Of a stretch of 56,661 bases of DNA, positions 8,556 to 16,734 are shown piece by piece. Source of the DNA: Nanobdellota archaeon (GTDB taxonomy: Archaea > Nanobdellota > Nanobdellia > Woesearchaeales > SM23-78). The notes below the pieces were generated by a model. That model made no database searches. It saw only the letters and a list, made by a program, of their open reading frames with translations, and was not told the DNA's origin. A program made the position numbers and the translations under genes. The stretch is from contig JBBSWA010000002.1 of the NCBI GenBank assembly GCA_038046485.1, positions 1-56,661 on the forward strand, written 5' to 3'. The number at the start of each line of letters is the position of its first letter. Positions within the stretch are counted from its first letter, which is position 1.

Positions 8556-8911
8556 ATTCGGATGTCATCATTGCCTTATTGAATAAGGAGGCTACTCCAC
8601 AACAAGCCTTAGAGTCTTCTGATGCAATTTTATGCATAACAGCCATCAATGCATTTGAGATCTGGTATGGTAGAAAAAATGAAGAGACGGTGCATGAGCT
8701 TTTGGCATGGTTGGAGATCATTCCGATAAATGATACTGTTGTGCGTTTAGCAGCAGATATATTACGGGATTTAAAAAAACAAGGAGCGATTCTTGATTTT
8801 AAGGATCTATTTATTGCGGCAGCATGCATTGTGAATGACCTCGAGTTATTAACCTACAATCAGAAGCATTTTGTCCGTTTAAAGAAATATGGGTTGAAGT
8901 TAGTTGAGTAG
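8534..8911 (+). CDS. vapC: PIN-domain toxin VapC
   Basis: 125 aa. N-terminal LDSDVIIALL carries the first acidic residue; size and hydrophobic/acidic pattern are PIN-like; paired with a small upstream ORF. Confidence 0.75.
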   Translation: MVRKICLDSDVIIALLNKEATPQQALESSDAILCITAINAFEIWYGRKNEETVHELLAWLEIIPINDTVVRLAADILRDLKKQGAILDFKDLFIAAACIVNDLELLTYNQKHFVRLKKYGLKLVE

Positions 8912-8922
8912 TGAGTCAGAGG

Positions 8923-9321
8923 CTATCGTTCCCATTCATTAATATCTGGGTGGAAGTCGACTTGGTATTCAGGAATTCCAATAGAAATGCCATATTCCTT
9001 CGCCCGATCGTATTGCTCTTTGCTTGTTCGATCGATTTTAAAGACTTTATGGTGAAAGATAATATAATGGGTAGAGTCGTTTTTGTAGTCAGCATACCAA
9101 TCGCGTTTAGAATCTAAAGCCTCGCTCAATTCATGAGCAATACCATCAGCTTGTTCTTGAGGGATCTCGACCGTGTGCAGCGTCCACTGCTTCACCCATG
9201 GGGTTTTATGTCGTTCGGTTACAGCTTCAACCTTTGTCGAAACAATCTTGACCTTTTTAAGAACTTCACCGTGTTCCAGGCTTTCTTCAATGATAACTCC
9301 GGTGAAAGGTGGGGGTGTCAT
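8923..9321 (-). CDS. hypothetical protein
   Basis: 132-aa ORF in a tight operon-like position upstream of the GTPase gene. No family recognised. Confidence 0.5.
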   Translation of the reverse strand: MTPPPFTGVIIEESLEHGEVLKKVKIVSTKVEAVTERHKTPWVKQWTLHTVEIPQEQADGIAHELSEALDSKRDWYADYKNDSTHYIIFHHKVFKIDRTSKEQYDRAKEYGISIGIPEYQVDFHPDINEWER

Positions 9322-9344
9322 GGTGAATGCATCCGCTCTCGGTT

Positions 9345-10088
9345 TTATTTAATCTTTCCCGTCTGCCAGTCTTTAAGGATCATCTTGGAAGTTCGTTCAA
9401 TGTCCAGTTCAGCACCTTTCTTGAGCAGGTTCTTCTTTTTAGCAATAGCAAATAAAGTGTCTTCAAATTCAGAGCTTACTTCAACGCCATAGTGAGCTTC
9501 GATCTTGCCAGGGTACGTTTCCATGAATTCCATAATAACCACATCAGGGTTCGCGACTTGATTGAATTCCAGGGTGCCAATCAGGGCGTGTTTGTTGTCA
9601 TTCTTTTCTCGGTAAGGAACCACTCCTGGAGTGTCCAAAAACATGATACGGTTGTCCATTTTGACTCGTTGAACTCCCGTGGTAAATCCACTCACCGAAC
9701 TAGTGGGTGCAGCCTTTTTTCCTTTCAAGGCATTGATTAAGGAGGATTTGCCTACATTGGGATATCCAAGAACTCCCACAGTAAAGACTTCTTGATTTTT
9801 GTAGGCTCTTTGTCCTTCGATCAGGATGCGTTCTCGCAGTAACGTCGTACCGTGATGATCCTTAGCAGATACAAACACAGAAGGGTGTAAGGTGATTTGA
9901 TCCATGAGTTTCTTGTCCACCAAGTCGCATTTGGTGATCACATAAATCAAGGGTTTCTTGGCTTCGCGCACTTTATCTTCTACTTCAGCGTTTCGGGTTT
10001 CATCCATGAGCCGTGCATCCAGTAAAAGAAGCAGGATATCGGCTTGTTCAATCACGTTGTTGACAATCTTCCAGTAGCTACGTACCAT
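9345..10088 (-). CDS. circularly permuted GTPase (YlqF/RbgA/Nug1-like ribosome-biogenesis GTPase)
   Basis: Motif order is G4 (TKCD), then G1 (GYPNVGKSSLIN), then G3 (DTPG). That order is diagnostic of the cpGTPase family. Confidence 0.8.
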   Translation of the reverse strand: MVRSYWKIVNNVIEQADILLLLLDARLMDETRNAEVEDKVREAKKPLIYVITKCDLVDKKLMDQITLHPSVFVSAKDHHGTTLLRERILIEGQRAYKNQEVFTVGVLGYPNVGKSSLINALKGKKAAPTSSVSGFTTGVQRVKMDNRIMFLDTPGVVPYREKNDNKHALIGTLEFNQVANPDVVIMEFMETYPGKIEAHYGVEVSSEFEDTLFAIAKKKNLLKKGAELDIERTSKMILKDWQTGKIK

Positions 10089-10138
10089 GTTCTGAAGTAA
10101 GGGGGAGGGTATTATAAACTTGGTGTAGAATAAAGCGT

Positions 10139-10789
10139 CTAACCCTTGAGTAGTTTTTGGATTTCTAGACCCTTTCCTTTTTCGATTTCTTCAAGGCTGA
10201 GGCCGCAAAGTTCATGGGGAAATACGATCCATTGGTCGGTTGTATGGATAAAAAAATCAGGTTTTTGATCGGTCTGATTTCGGTGGGGTTTGAAGTATAC
10301 TGTGGCAATTCGAATTTCTTGAGGCATATGATTCTGCAAGCCTTTTTTTAGTGCATCCATCACTGCTTTCAAACTGAGGCCCGTCTCATAGACGTCGTCA
10401 ATCAATAAAACCCGATCATTGGAAGAGACTTTCTCGGTGATATAGCTTAGATTATGCACAGCAATTGTACGTTTCATCTCATCGATACCAGAATAGGCAC
10501 TGGTTCGAATGGCAATATGATCGGTTTTCACACCATGGTATTCTAGAAATTCTTGTACAGCGATTCCCACAGGGCTTCCACCTCTCCAGATTCCAACTAA
10601 GAAACTAGGCTTGAAGCCAGAATCCAGTATCTTTTTCCCGAGTAAGAATGAGTCTTTTAGCAGGCTATCTGCAGAAATATAGAGCTTGTCGCCCTTCTCT
10701 TTATTCTCCATAAAATGTGTAAGTTTACTAAGGCTTTTATTCTTTTCTGTATATTCGAGATAAATAATGCACTTGGGGTGAGAAGGCAT
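10139..10789 (-). CDS. purine phosphoribosyltransferase-family protein
   Basis: PRPP-binding motif VLLIDDVYETGLSL, and FLVGIWRGGSPVG typical of type I PRTases. An alternative start at ATG 10711 (MENKEKGD) is possible. Confidence 0.75.
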   Translation of the reverse strand: MPSHPKCIIYLEYTEKNKSLSKLTHFMENKEKGDKLYISADSLLKDSFLLGKKILDSGFKPSFLVGIWRGGSPVGIAVQEFLEYHGVKTDHIAIRTSAYSGIDEMKRTIAVHNLSYITEKVSSNDRVLLIDDVYETGLSLKAVMDALKKGLQNHMPQEIRIATVYFKPHRNQTDQKPDFFIHTTDQWIVFPHELCGLSLEEIEKGKGLEIQKLLKG

Positions 10790-10853
10790 TTCCGTAGTAA
10801 TAAATCTTCATTAGAGCAACCTTTAAATATTAGTTAGTATTAGACTAACTAAA

Positions 10854-11399
10854 ATGAAAAAGGAAGAATCGGTGCTGGAGTTGTTCTTTAATGAGCCAAC
10901 AAAGCACTGGCATTTTGAAGGCATCCTGAAATCAGCCAAAATCAGCCGCCCTCAAGCCGTGCAATGGATCAAAAAATTCATGCAAGAAGGGCTTGTTCAA
11001 CGCCTCAAACCTAGAGGAAAAATGCCCTATTACACAGGCAACTATGAACACCCATCTTATCGAACAAAAAAAAGGATTTACACTCTAAACCAGCTTTACA
11101 AGATAGGTTTCATCACTCATTTAATGACACTTCCTAAGGCCAAAAGCGTCATCCTCTTTGGTAGTTTCGCCCGGGCGGACTGGCACAGCGAAAGTGATAT
11201 TGATTTATTTGTATACGGCAATCCAGAAGGTCTAAATCAGTCTAAATACGAACGATTGCTCCACAGAGAAATCCAGCTTTTCAATGCACAAAGTCCAGAA
11301 GATCTTAAAAAAATGGGAATTCCACTGCTCTTAAACATTCTTAAAGGCCAAACCATAAAAGGAACTCCTGATTTCCTTGCGGTAAAGATCCATGCCTAG
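10854..11399 (+). CDS. MNT-type nucleotidyltransferase with N-terminal wHTH (antitoxin-like)
   Basis: ILFGSFARADWHSESDIDLFVY matches the GS..(x)n..DxD minimal nucleotidyltransferase motif. Overlaps the downstream HEPN gene by 8 nt. Confidence 0.75.
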   Translation: MKKEESVLELFFNEPTKHWHFEGILKSAKISRPQAVQWIKKFMQEGLVQRLKPRGKMPYYTGNYEHPSYRTKKRIYTLNQLYKIGFITHLMTLPKAKSVILFGSFARADWHSESDIDLFVYGNPEGLNQSKYERLLHREIQLFNAQSPEDLKKMGIPLLLNILKGQTIKGTPDFLAVKIHA

Positions 11400-11868
11400 A
11401 TATCAGAGTCTCCAAGAAGCCTATGAAAAATGCCAAAAAGAAGGCCTGCTGCGCTTCCAAGAAGAAATAGATACAGCTAAAATAAAGCACATGATAACGC
11501 TCTCCCAAGCAGATGTAGATGCTGCGAAGCAACTTTCTAAGAGCCTTCCCAAAGAAAGCATAGGGTGGAACACGATCTACAAGCTCCACTATGACGCTCT
11601 CCACAGTCTAACTGAGGCTTTCTTACGCTTCAATCGCATCAAGTCTAGCAATCATCAATGCCTTTTCGCCCATTTATGTCATGAACATCTTGAACTAGAG
11701 TTCAACTGGAATTTATTCGAAAAGATACGTACCCAACGCAATGGTATCCTCTATTACGGTACTCCCATCGCTTATGAAGACTGGAAAGCGATCGAACTTC
11801 AAGTGCAGCTCTACATCAAAACGTTAAGAGAGGCGATTGAGAAAAAGCTCGAGAAACTTGTTCTATAA
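11392..11868 (+). CDS. HEPN-domain protein (toxin-like partner of MNT)
   Basis: 158 aa, helical. IRTQRNGILYYG matches the R..RN...Y HEPN signature. Operonic with the nucleotidyltransferase gene. Confidence 0.7.
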   Translation: MPRYQSLQEAYEKCQKEGLLRFQEEIDTAKIKHMITLSQADVDAAKQLSKSLPKESIGWNTIYKLHYDALHSLTEAFLRFNRIKSSNHQCLFAHLCHEHLELEFNWNLFEKIRTQRNGILYYGTPIAYEDWKAIELQVQLYIKTLREAIEKKLEKLVL

Positions 11869-11877
11869 TAAATAAAG

Positions 11878-11999
11878 CGCCCGGGATGAGATTTGAACTC
11901 ATGCTCCCAGAGGGACGGGATTAGCAATCCCGCGCAATCTCCTGCTTTGGCAGATCCTTCGCACGATGCGCGCAAAGTACCAGGCTATGCGACCCGGGC
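11878..11999 (-). tRNA. tRNA-Ser(GCU) with a ~38-nt non-canonical intron between D-arm and anticodon stem
   Basis: Hand-folded. Acceptor GCCCGGG/CCCGGGC, discriminator G. D stem GCA/TGC. Anticodon stem CGGGA/TCCCG with loop TTGCTAA. Long variable arm CCCTCTGGG. T arm ATGAG-TTCAAAT-CTCAT. The extra 38 nt (CGCATCGTGCGAAGGATCTGCCAAAGCAGGAGATTGCG) lie near position 26/27. 122 - 38 = 84 nt mature. No encoded CCA. Confidence 0.8.
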
Positions 12000-12053
12000 A
12001 TAGGAGCGTAAAAACCGGTACAATTTATAAACATTTAGTGCCAAAGAGACCAG

Positions 12054-12614
12054 ATGAAGTTATTATTGGTGGATAATGGCTCACGCCTCTTAGAAGAATT
12101 GGAAGAATCTTTGCAGGAGCATGAGGTAAGCAAAGTAGCCTTTCAAGAGCTTACGAATGCAGCCGGGTTTGATGCGGTAATCTTGTCAGGAGGTAGCAGT
12201 CTTTCGGTGATGAAACATGAGGATGAGTATAAGCAAGAATTATCTTTGATTCGCCGTTCTTTAGTTCCGATGTTTGGGATTTGCTTGGGGTTTGAGCTGA
12301 TCAGTTACGCCTTTGGAGAGAAGCTATCCTGGCTAGAAGCTAAGCGTACAGGTGTAATGCGCGTAAAGAAATTGCTCAATGACCCGATCTTTAAAGGAGT
12401 AAGGAATTTAGATGGTTTTGAAGCCCATCGCTGGGGTGTTAAGAATGTAAGTAAGCTTATCCCGCTCGGAGTCTCAAAGGATGGCATTGAAATGGTCAGG
12501 CATCCAGAACGCCTAATATATGGGGTTCAGTTTCACCCAGAAATGTGGGGAGATCGCATCTCAGGCTACAAAGTACTCAATAACTTTTTAGACATCGTTA
12601 AGAAGAATGGGTAG
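12054..12614 (+). CDS. class I glutamine amidotransferase (GMP synthase subunit A-like)
   Basis: Catalytic GICLGFELI (nucleophile Cys) and GVQFHPE motifs. 186 aa, stand-alone GATase size. Confidence 0.75.
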   Translation: MKLLLVDNGSRLLEELEESLQEHEVSKVAFQELTNAAGFDAVILSGGSSLSVMKHEDEYKQELSLIRRSLVPMFGICLGFELISYAFGEKLSWLEAKRTGVMRVKKLLNDPIFKGVRNLDGFEAHRWGVKNVSKLIPLGVSKDGIEMVRHPERLIYGVQFHPEMWGDRISGYKVLNNFLDIVKKNG

Positions 12615-12619
12615 GGTTT

Positions 12620-13354
12620 CTATCGGTAACCACCATCAGCTACAATGGTTTGACTATTAACAAAGCTAGAGTCTGGTGTGGATAAAAATAAAGCAATGGT
12701 GGCGATTTCTTCAGGTTTTGCAAATTGGTGACTTGGAATTCTCTTTTTTTCTTGTTCAACATAATCTTTAGGCAGGTCTTTGTTCATGTCGGTATCAATC
12801 CACCCAGGTGCGATGTTGTTGACACGGATGTTTGGGGCAAGTTCTGAAGCAAGATTTCGAGTAAGGTTAATGACACCGGCTTTGCTTGCGTCATAGTCGG
12901 CTGAAGTAGGAGCAGTTGAGTTAATACCACAAGTAGAAGATATATTAACCATAGCAGATCCTTTAGGCATATGAGGAGCAGCATATTTAGCGCATAGAAA
13001 CATACCAATTAAATTCACATCCAAGGTTCGTCTCCATTCTTCCACCGTTTTTTCAAAGAGGGGCTTATCATAGACAAGGCCAGCATTATTGACTAGGACA
13101 TCAATTTTTCCAAATTCTTTCACGGTTTTTTCAACCATGGCTTTAACTTGTTTTTCATCTGCTACATCGGCTTGAACGAGCAATGTTTTACCGCCTTTTT
13201 TCTGAATTTCGTCCACGTCTTGCTTAGCGCCTTTCTCATCTTTTGCGTAATTAACCACAACGGAAGCACCTTCCTGAGAAAAGAGCAAAGCAATCGCTTT
13301 TCCAATGCCTCGAGAGCTACCGGTCACAAGGGCCACTTTGCCTTTTAATCTCAT
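12620..13354 (-). CDS. short-chain dehydrogenase/reductase (FabG-like)
   Basis: TGSSRGIG cofactor motif, NNAG, and the catalytic YDASK (YxxxK). Confidence 0.85.
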   Translation of the reverse strand: MRLKGKVALVTGSSRGIGKAIALLFSQEGASVVVNYAKDEKGAKQDVDEIQKKGGKTLLVQADVADEKQVKAMVEKTVKEFGKIDVLVNNAGLVYDKPLFEKTVEEWRRTLDVNLIGMFLCAKYAAPHMPKGSAMVNISSTCGINSTAPTSADYDASKAGVINLTRNLASELAPNIRVNNIAPGWIDTDMNKDLPKDYVEQEKKRIPSHQFAKPEEIATIALFLSTPDSSFVNSQTIVADGGYR

Positions 13355-13407
13355 GAATAAAAGAGATTTTCTTATATTATATAAAGGTTAACTATTTATA
13401 GGAGTAA

Positions 13408-13830
13408 GTGATCCCACAAATCATGTGTCTAGCTAAATTCAAAAAATACGAATCATACGCACCGTTGGTTCTACGTCTCTTCGCAGGTATTATATTTGTC
13501 TATGGTGGCTGGATGAAGCTTTTCATGATGGGACCTTCAGCTTTCGCAGGGATGCTTGCAGGTTGGCCTGTTCCTTTGTTCTGGGCTTGGCTTGTAAGCC
13601 TTGTTGAATTCCTAGGTGGTATCGCTTTGGTTGTAGGATTATTCGTTCGCTACGCAGCCTTCTTGTTGACCATCACTATGATTGTGGCAAGCATCATGAT
13701 GTTCATGATGCAGGGAATGATGGGTGTTACAGCACCTTTCTGGGGTATCGGGCTTTCCTTGGCTTTACTCTTTACAGGTGTTGGTAAATATTGGAATCTA
13801 GAAAGAAAGTGGTTTAAGAAAGAGTTCTAG
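13408..13830 (+). CDS. DoxX-family membrane protein
   Basis: 140 aa, four hydrophobic helices. LVLRLFAGIIFVYGGWMK resembles the DoxX N-terminal signature. Confidence 0.6.
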   Translation: MIPQIMCLAKFKKYESYAPLVLRLFAGIIFVYGGWMKLFMMGPSAFAGMLAGWPVPLFWAWLVSLVEFLGGIALVVGLFVRYAAFLLTITMIVASIMMFMMQGMMGVTAPFWGIGLSLALLFTGVGKYWNLERKWFKKEF

Positions 13831-13869
13831 GTCGATAATTATTTAAATATCTCTTGCTTAACGGTCTAT

Positions 13870-14016
13870 ATGAAACAAGAAACAGTTACAATTTCAAAGG
13901 AAAAGTATGGAAAGTTAAAGAAAAAGGCAGAGCTTGCAGATGATGCATTATCACAGATAAAAGCGAGTTTTGAGGATCTTAAGCATGGGCGTGTTCATCG
14001 AAGACTCCTCAAATAG
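13870..14016 (+). CDS. small antitoxin-like ORF (48 aa, not in ORF track)
   Basis: MKQETVTISKEKYGKLKKKAELADDALSQIKASFEDLKHGRVHRRLLK. TTATTTAAATAT TATA lies ~25 nt upstream of the ATG. Its 3' end overlaps the convergent RelE-like gene by 22 nt. Confidence 0.5.
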   Translation: MKQETVTISKEKYGKLKKKAELADDALSQIKASFEDLKHGRVHRRLLK

Positions 14017-14303
14017 TTAAGTAATTCTTTCATATTTTTTAGGACAAATTTTATGATCTCTTTTTGCTCTTTTTTAGGTGCATAAGTTAGGAAGAGGATC
14101 TTTTTTGGCTCTTCATCGATCAGATAATAGAGTCGTTTGTTGAGGTATTTCTTTTCTCGAAACCAGGAGAAATGCAGTATTTTTCCAGAAGGGGTTTCTT
14201 CTACATTTCTATGGGTCTGGTCAATCCAGTCTTTCTCATTTTGATCGGCTTTATCGTAGTGTTTCTTAAATGAGTCGGTTTCATAGATTTTGTAAGTCGG
14301 CAT
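13995..14303 (-). CDS. RelE/ParE-superfamily toxin-like protein
   Basis: 102 aa, basic. Layout resembles RelE-fold toxins (YKIYETDSFKKHYDK... RLYYLIDEE...ILFLTYAPKKEQ). Confidence 0.55.
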   Translation of the reverse strand: MPTYKIYETDSFKKHYDKADQNEKDWIDQTHRNVEETPSGKILHFSWFREKKYLNKRLYYLIDEEPKKILFLTYAPKKEQKEIIKFVLKNMKELLNYLRSLR

Positions 14304-14402
14304 TTAAGTGGGGGTAATATTTTGTTTTAAAACTTAGCTAACGGTTCCGTAACTATTCCGTAAAGTTCGCAAAAGTTACGCCCAATAAACACCCTCGGTA
14401 CT

Positions 14403-14765
14403 TTAAGCTGCTAATTGTCCAGTTAATTTAGCAAGAGCTTCTTCATCAGTCATGGGTGCCCATTGAAGATAGGTCGTGCCAGTTTCTCTTCTTATTATCA
14501 TTTTAGTAAGAAGTAGAGGATTTCCTTTGCGCTCATTAGGTAGATTTGTTTTAGCTTCTTCTAAGCTTGTAGATTTAGGATGGTCAGCGTTGAAAGCTCG
14601 TTGAGTTACAGAAATAGCCTCCTGTAAAGTTTGCAGGGCTTGTAGTACATTCCCTCCTCTAGGATAATCTGCAGGTCTGTCTCGATAAAGCCCGATAGCT
14701 GCGGGTAAACTTACCCCCAATAATCTTATGAATGATTCTACGGAAACTTCCACATTTTGAGTCAT
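14403..14765 (-). CDS. hypothetical protein
   Basis: 120-aa ORF. No family recognised. Confidence 0.45.
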   Translation of the reverse strand: MTQNVEVSVESFIRLLGVSLPAAIGLYRDRPADYPRGGNVLQALQTLQEAISVTQRAFNADHPKSTSLEEAKTNLPNERKGNPLLLTKMIIRRETGTTYLQWAPMTDEEALAKLTGQLAA

Positions 14766-14812
14766 GATATCACCTGTATAACCACTTCAAAGTAGAATTA
14801 ATAAAGTTTTCG

Positions 14813-15961
14813 TTAGTTCAAGAACTCAACTTGTACTTCTAAATGATCCCACGTCGGATATTCGGTAACAAGAGCGCACTTATTCTTCAATTCAGATCCA
14901 ATCTCTTGCAAGATCCAACCACCTGTCAACAACCGTAGTTTCTGGGGATCAATTTCAATTAATTCATCAGGAATGTCATACTTCTTTTGCAGTTGTTGTT
15001 TAAGCTTGCTTAATTTCAAGAGCATCGCTTGCTTTTCTTCAGAAGGAAGTGCTTTGATTTTGCTATAATAGCCCATGCACGGCTGTAAATCAAGGTAAAT
15101 TGCTCCTCGGGTGAGCATACCTTCATCATCCATCAAGTCATACTCTTTTTTCATGCGCTCTCCGCGTCGTTTTACGCGATTCGCATGCTGGATGGCATCT
15201 TTGGATTTGGCCGTGCAAAAGTGTGTCTTCAATCCAAGTTTAGCACTCAACTTGATCAAGTTCATGGCCGTTTCTTGGCTGCCAGTTACACCATAACTTT
15301 GCGAATCTTTACACTTAATCTTTCGTGTCAAAAAAGCTTCTTGCCAGGCCTTGTTGTCAGAGACTTCCAGTTCATTCAAGTTCAAGAAGTCTACTTTATC
15401 TTTAATGTAATGGATCAGTTTTGTAATGTTCTTTTCTTCACCAGGTAGTGCAGGGATTTCAACGCCCACTTTCCAGGGAAACTTGCGCGCTAACTTAATA
15501 CGGGGCCACCATTCATCATTGTCCAGGTAGGGGTGGAATCGGATCTCATCAAGTCCGCTTTCATATAAAATACGTAAGCGTTCCTCAGTCACAAGTTGCA
15601 GAGGAGTATACAAATGTACATGAAACTTCTTTCCAAAGTGTTCTTTCAGTAGGTACGTGTATTCAGCACATCTCTCGACCTTCGTAAGGGGGTCGCCCCC
15701 TGTTATTCCCGCGCCCATCGCCCCACTTTCCTCGGCCTCCTGAATCAATTCAGACTCAGAAAAAATGGGTCGTTCATTGGCATAGATCTTATCCATACGC
15801 ATCTTCTGATCTGAGACAGGGCAATACCAGCAATGCTGTCCACATAAACCCGTCACAAAAACAACGAGTTTCTGTCCTTTGACGCAGGACTGGCAGCCCT
15901 TGGCAATCTGTCCAGCACAGACATTGTGCCAGGCGGTCTTCTGAACAAGGAGTTGTTTCAT
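14813..15961 (-). CDS. radical SAM protein
   Basis: CGQHCWYCP matches the CxxxCxxC 4Fe-4S/SAM cluster motif. An additional N-terminal Cys cluster (CAGQIAKGCQSC) is present. 382 aa. Confidence 0.8.
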   Translation of the reverse strand: MKQLLVQKTAWHNVCAGQIAKGCQSCVKGQKLVVFVTGLCGQHCWYCPVSDQKMRMDKIYANERPIFSESELIQEAEESGAMGAGITGGDPLTKVERCAEYTYLLKEHFGKKFHVHLYTPLQLVTEERLRILYESGLDEIRFHPYLDNDEWWPRIKLARKFPWKVGVEIPALPGEEKNITKLIHYIKDKVDFLNLNELEVSDNKAWQEAFLTRKIKCKDSQSYGVTGSQETAMNLIKLSAKLGLKTHFCTAKSKDAIQHANRVKRRGERMKKEYDLMDDEGMLTRGAIYLDLQPCMGYYSKIKALPSEEKQAMLLKLSKLKQQLQKKYDIPDELIEIDPQKLRLLTGGWILQEIGSELKNKCALVTEYPTWDHLEVQVEFLN

Positions 15962-15993
15962 AGGATAAGGTATTAAAACTGGGTTTAAAAAGT

Positions 15994-16494
15994 CTATGCA
16001 GTAGGTTCAGGGAAGTCGTCTTTGTGAAGGACGAGGCCTCCAAAGTAGTGTTGCCGGAAAACAGGTTTTCCTTGATACAGAATGTGTTCAGTTCCTCTAA
16101 ATTCTCCAACCATTCCATGAATATCATTGAGGTATTCCCAATTGCCTTGTTTAAAATTCTTGGGACCTCAGAAGGGGTTGGATCGTTCAACTTGTTTTAA
16201 GGCTTCTTTGAGAAAGGTGAAGGTTTGTTTGGCAAAGGATCTGTTTCCATGGTATTCAGTTGACATGCCGCCATCGTAAGACATGGTCCATACGGGTTTT
16301 CCTTGAAAGCGCACAACTTCCTGGCCTGGAGCACGGTAATATCCAGCATAGCTATCATGATAATCCCAGTCGCCTTCTGCGTAGTGGAGTTCTCGAAAGC
16401 TGGGTCGTTCTGGTTCTACTTCAGCTCCTTCCGCAGCATAGGTACTTATTTTAGCTTTTAGAATAAAGTCAGTAAGTGCTTCGAGGTCGATCAT
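15994..16494 (-). pseudogene. DUF5680-family gene interrupted by one in-frame TGA (16168-16170)
   Basis: Track ORF 16168..16494 ends ...ALKQVERSNPF-TGA. The same frame continues GPKNFKQGNWEYLNDIHGMVGEFRGTEHILYQGKPVFRQHYFGGLV... to TAG at 15994. As I recall it, the family has PFRGP at this point, so TGA replaces an Arg codon (CGA). Confidence 0.65.
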
Positions 16495-16560
16495 GAGAAG
16501 AGTACCTTTGTCTTATTTATAAATCTGATAGGGTTTCACAAGAACAGTCGTTGATAGAAC

Positions 16561-16734
16561 AAAATTCTAAAGAATTTTGGACTACAGAGATTATTCAAAG
16601 GAATAATCTCTGATAGGAGCAAAATGGCAGATTTTGCTACTTCAGAAACTATTGCAAAAATAGTTTCTGGTAGGACGAAGTTCTCAAAAGAACTTCGGAC
16701 TTCAGAGATTATTCAAAGGAATAATCTCTGGTAG
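16561..16734. repeat. three tandem ~56-60 nt units, each a small hairpin plus an 11-bp hairpin
   Basis: Large hairpins: CAGAGATTATT-CAAAGG-AATAATCTCTG (twice) and CAGAAACTATT-GCAAAA-ATAGTTTCTG (compensated changes). Small hairpins: AAAATTCT/AGAATTTT, AGCAAAAT/ATTTTGCT, GAAGTTCT/AGAACTTC. The last unit overlaps the final codons of tatD. Confidence 0.75.

Noticed and set aside
16168-16170. Genome-wide reassignment of TGA as a sense codon
   Set aside because: Well-conserved genes in the window terminate at TGA at their expected ends (for example pyrG at 42289-42291). I found only this one internal TGA in a recognisable gene.
15789-16190. 133-aa ORF 15789..16190 (-)
   Set aside because: It is out of frame with the conserved DUF5680 continuation and overlaps the radical SAM gene start. 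The region is explained by the in-frame-TGA DUF5680 gene.
16561-16734. CRISPR array
   Set aside because: There are only three units. The repeated parts are themselves palindromic and diverged, there are no unique spacers of constant length, and there are no cas genes. I saw no CRISPR array anywhere in the window.
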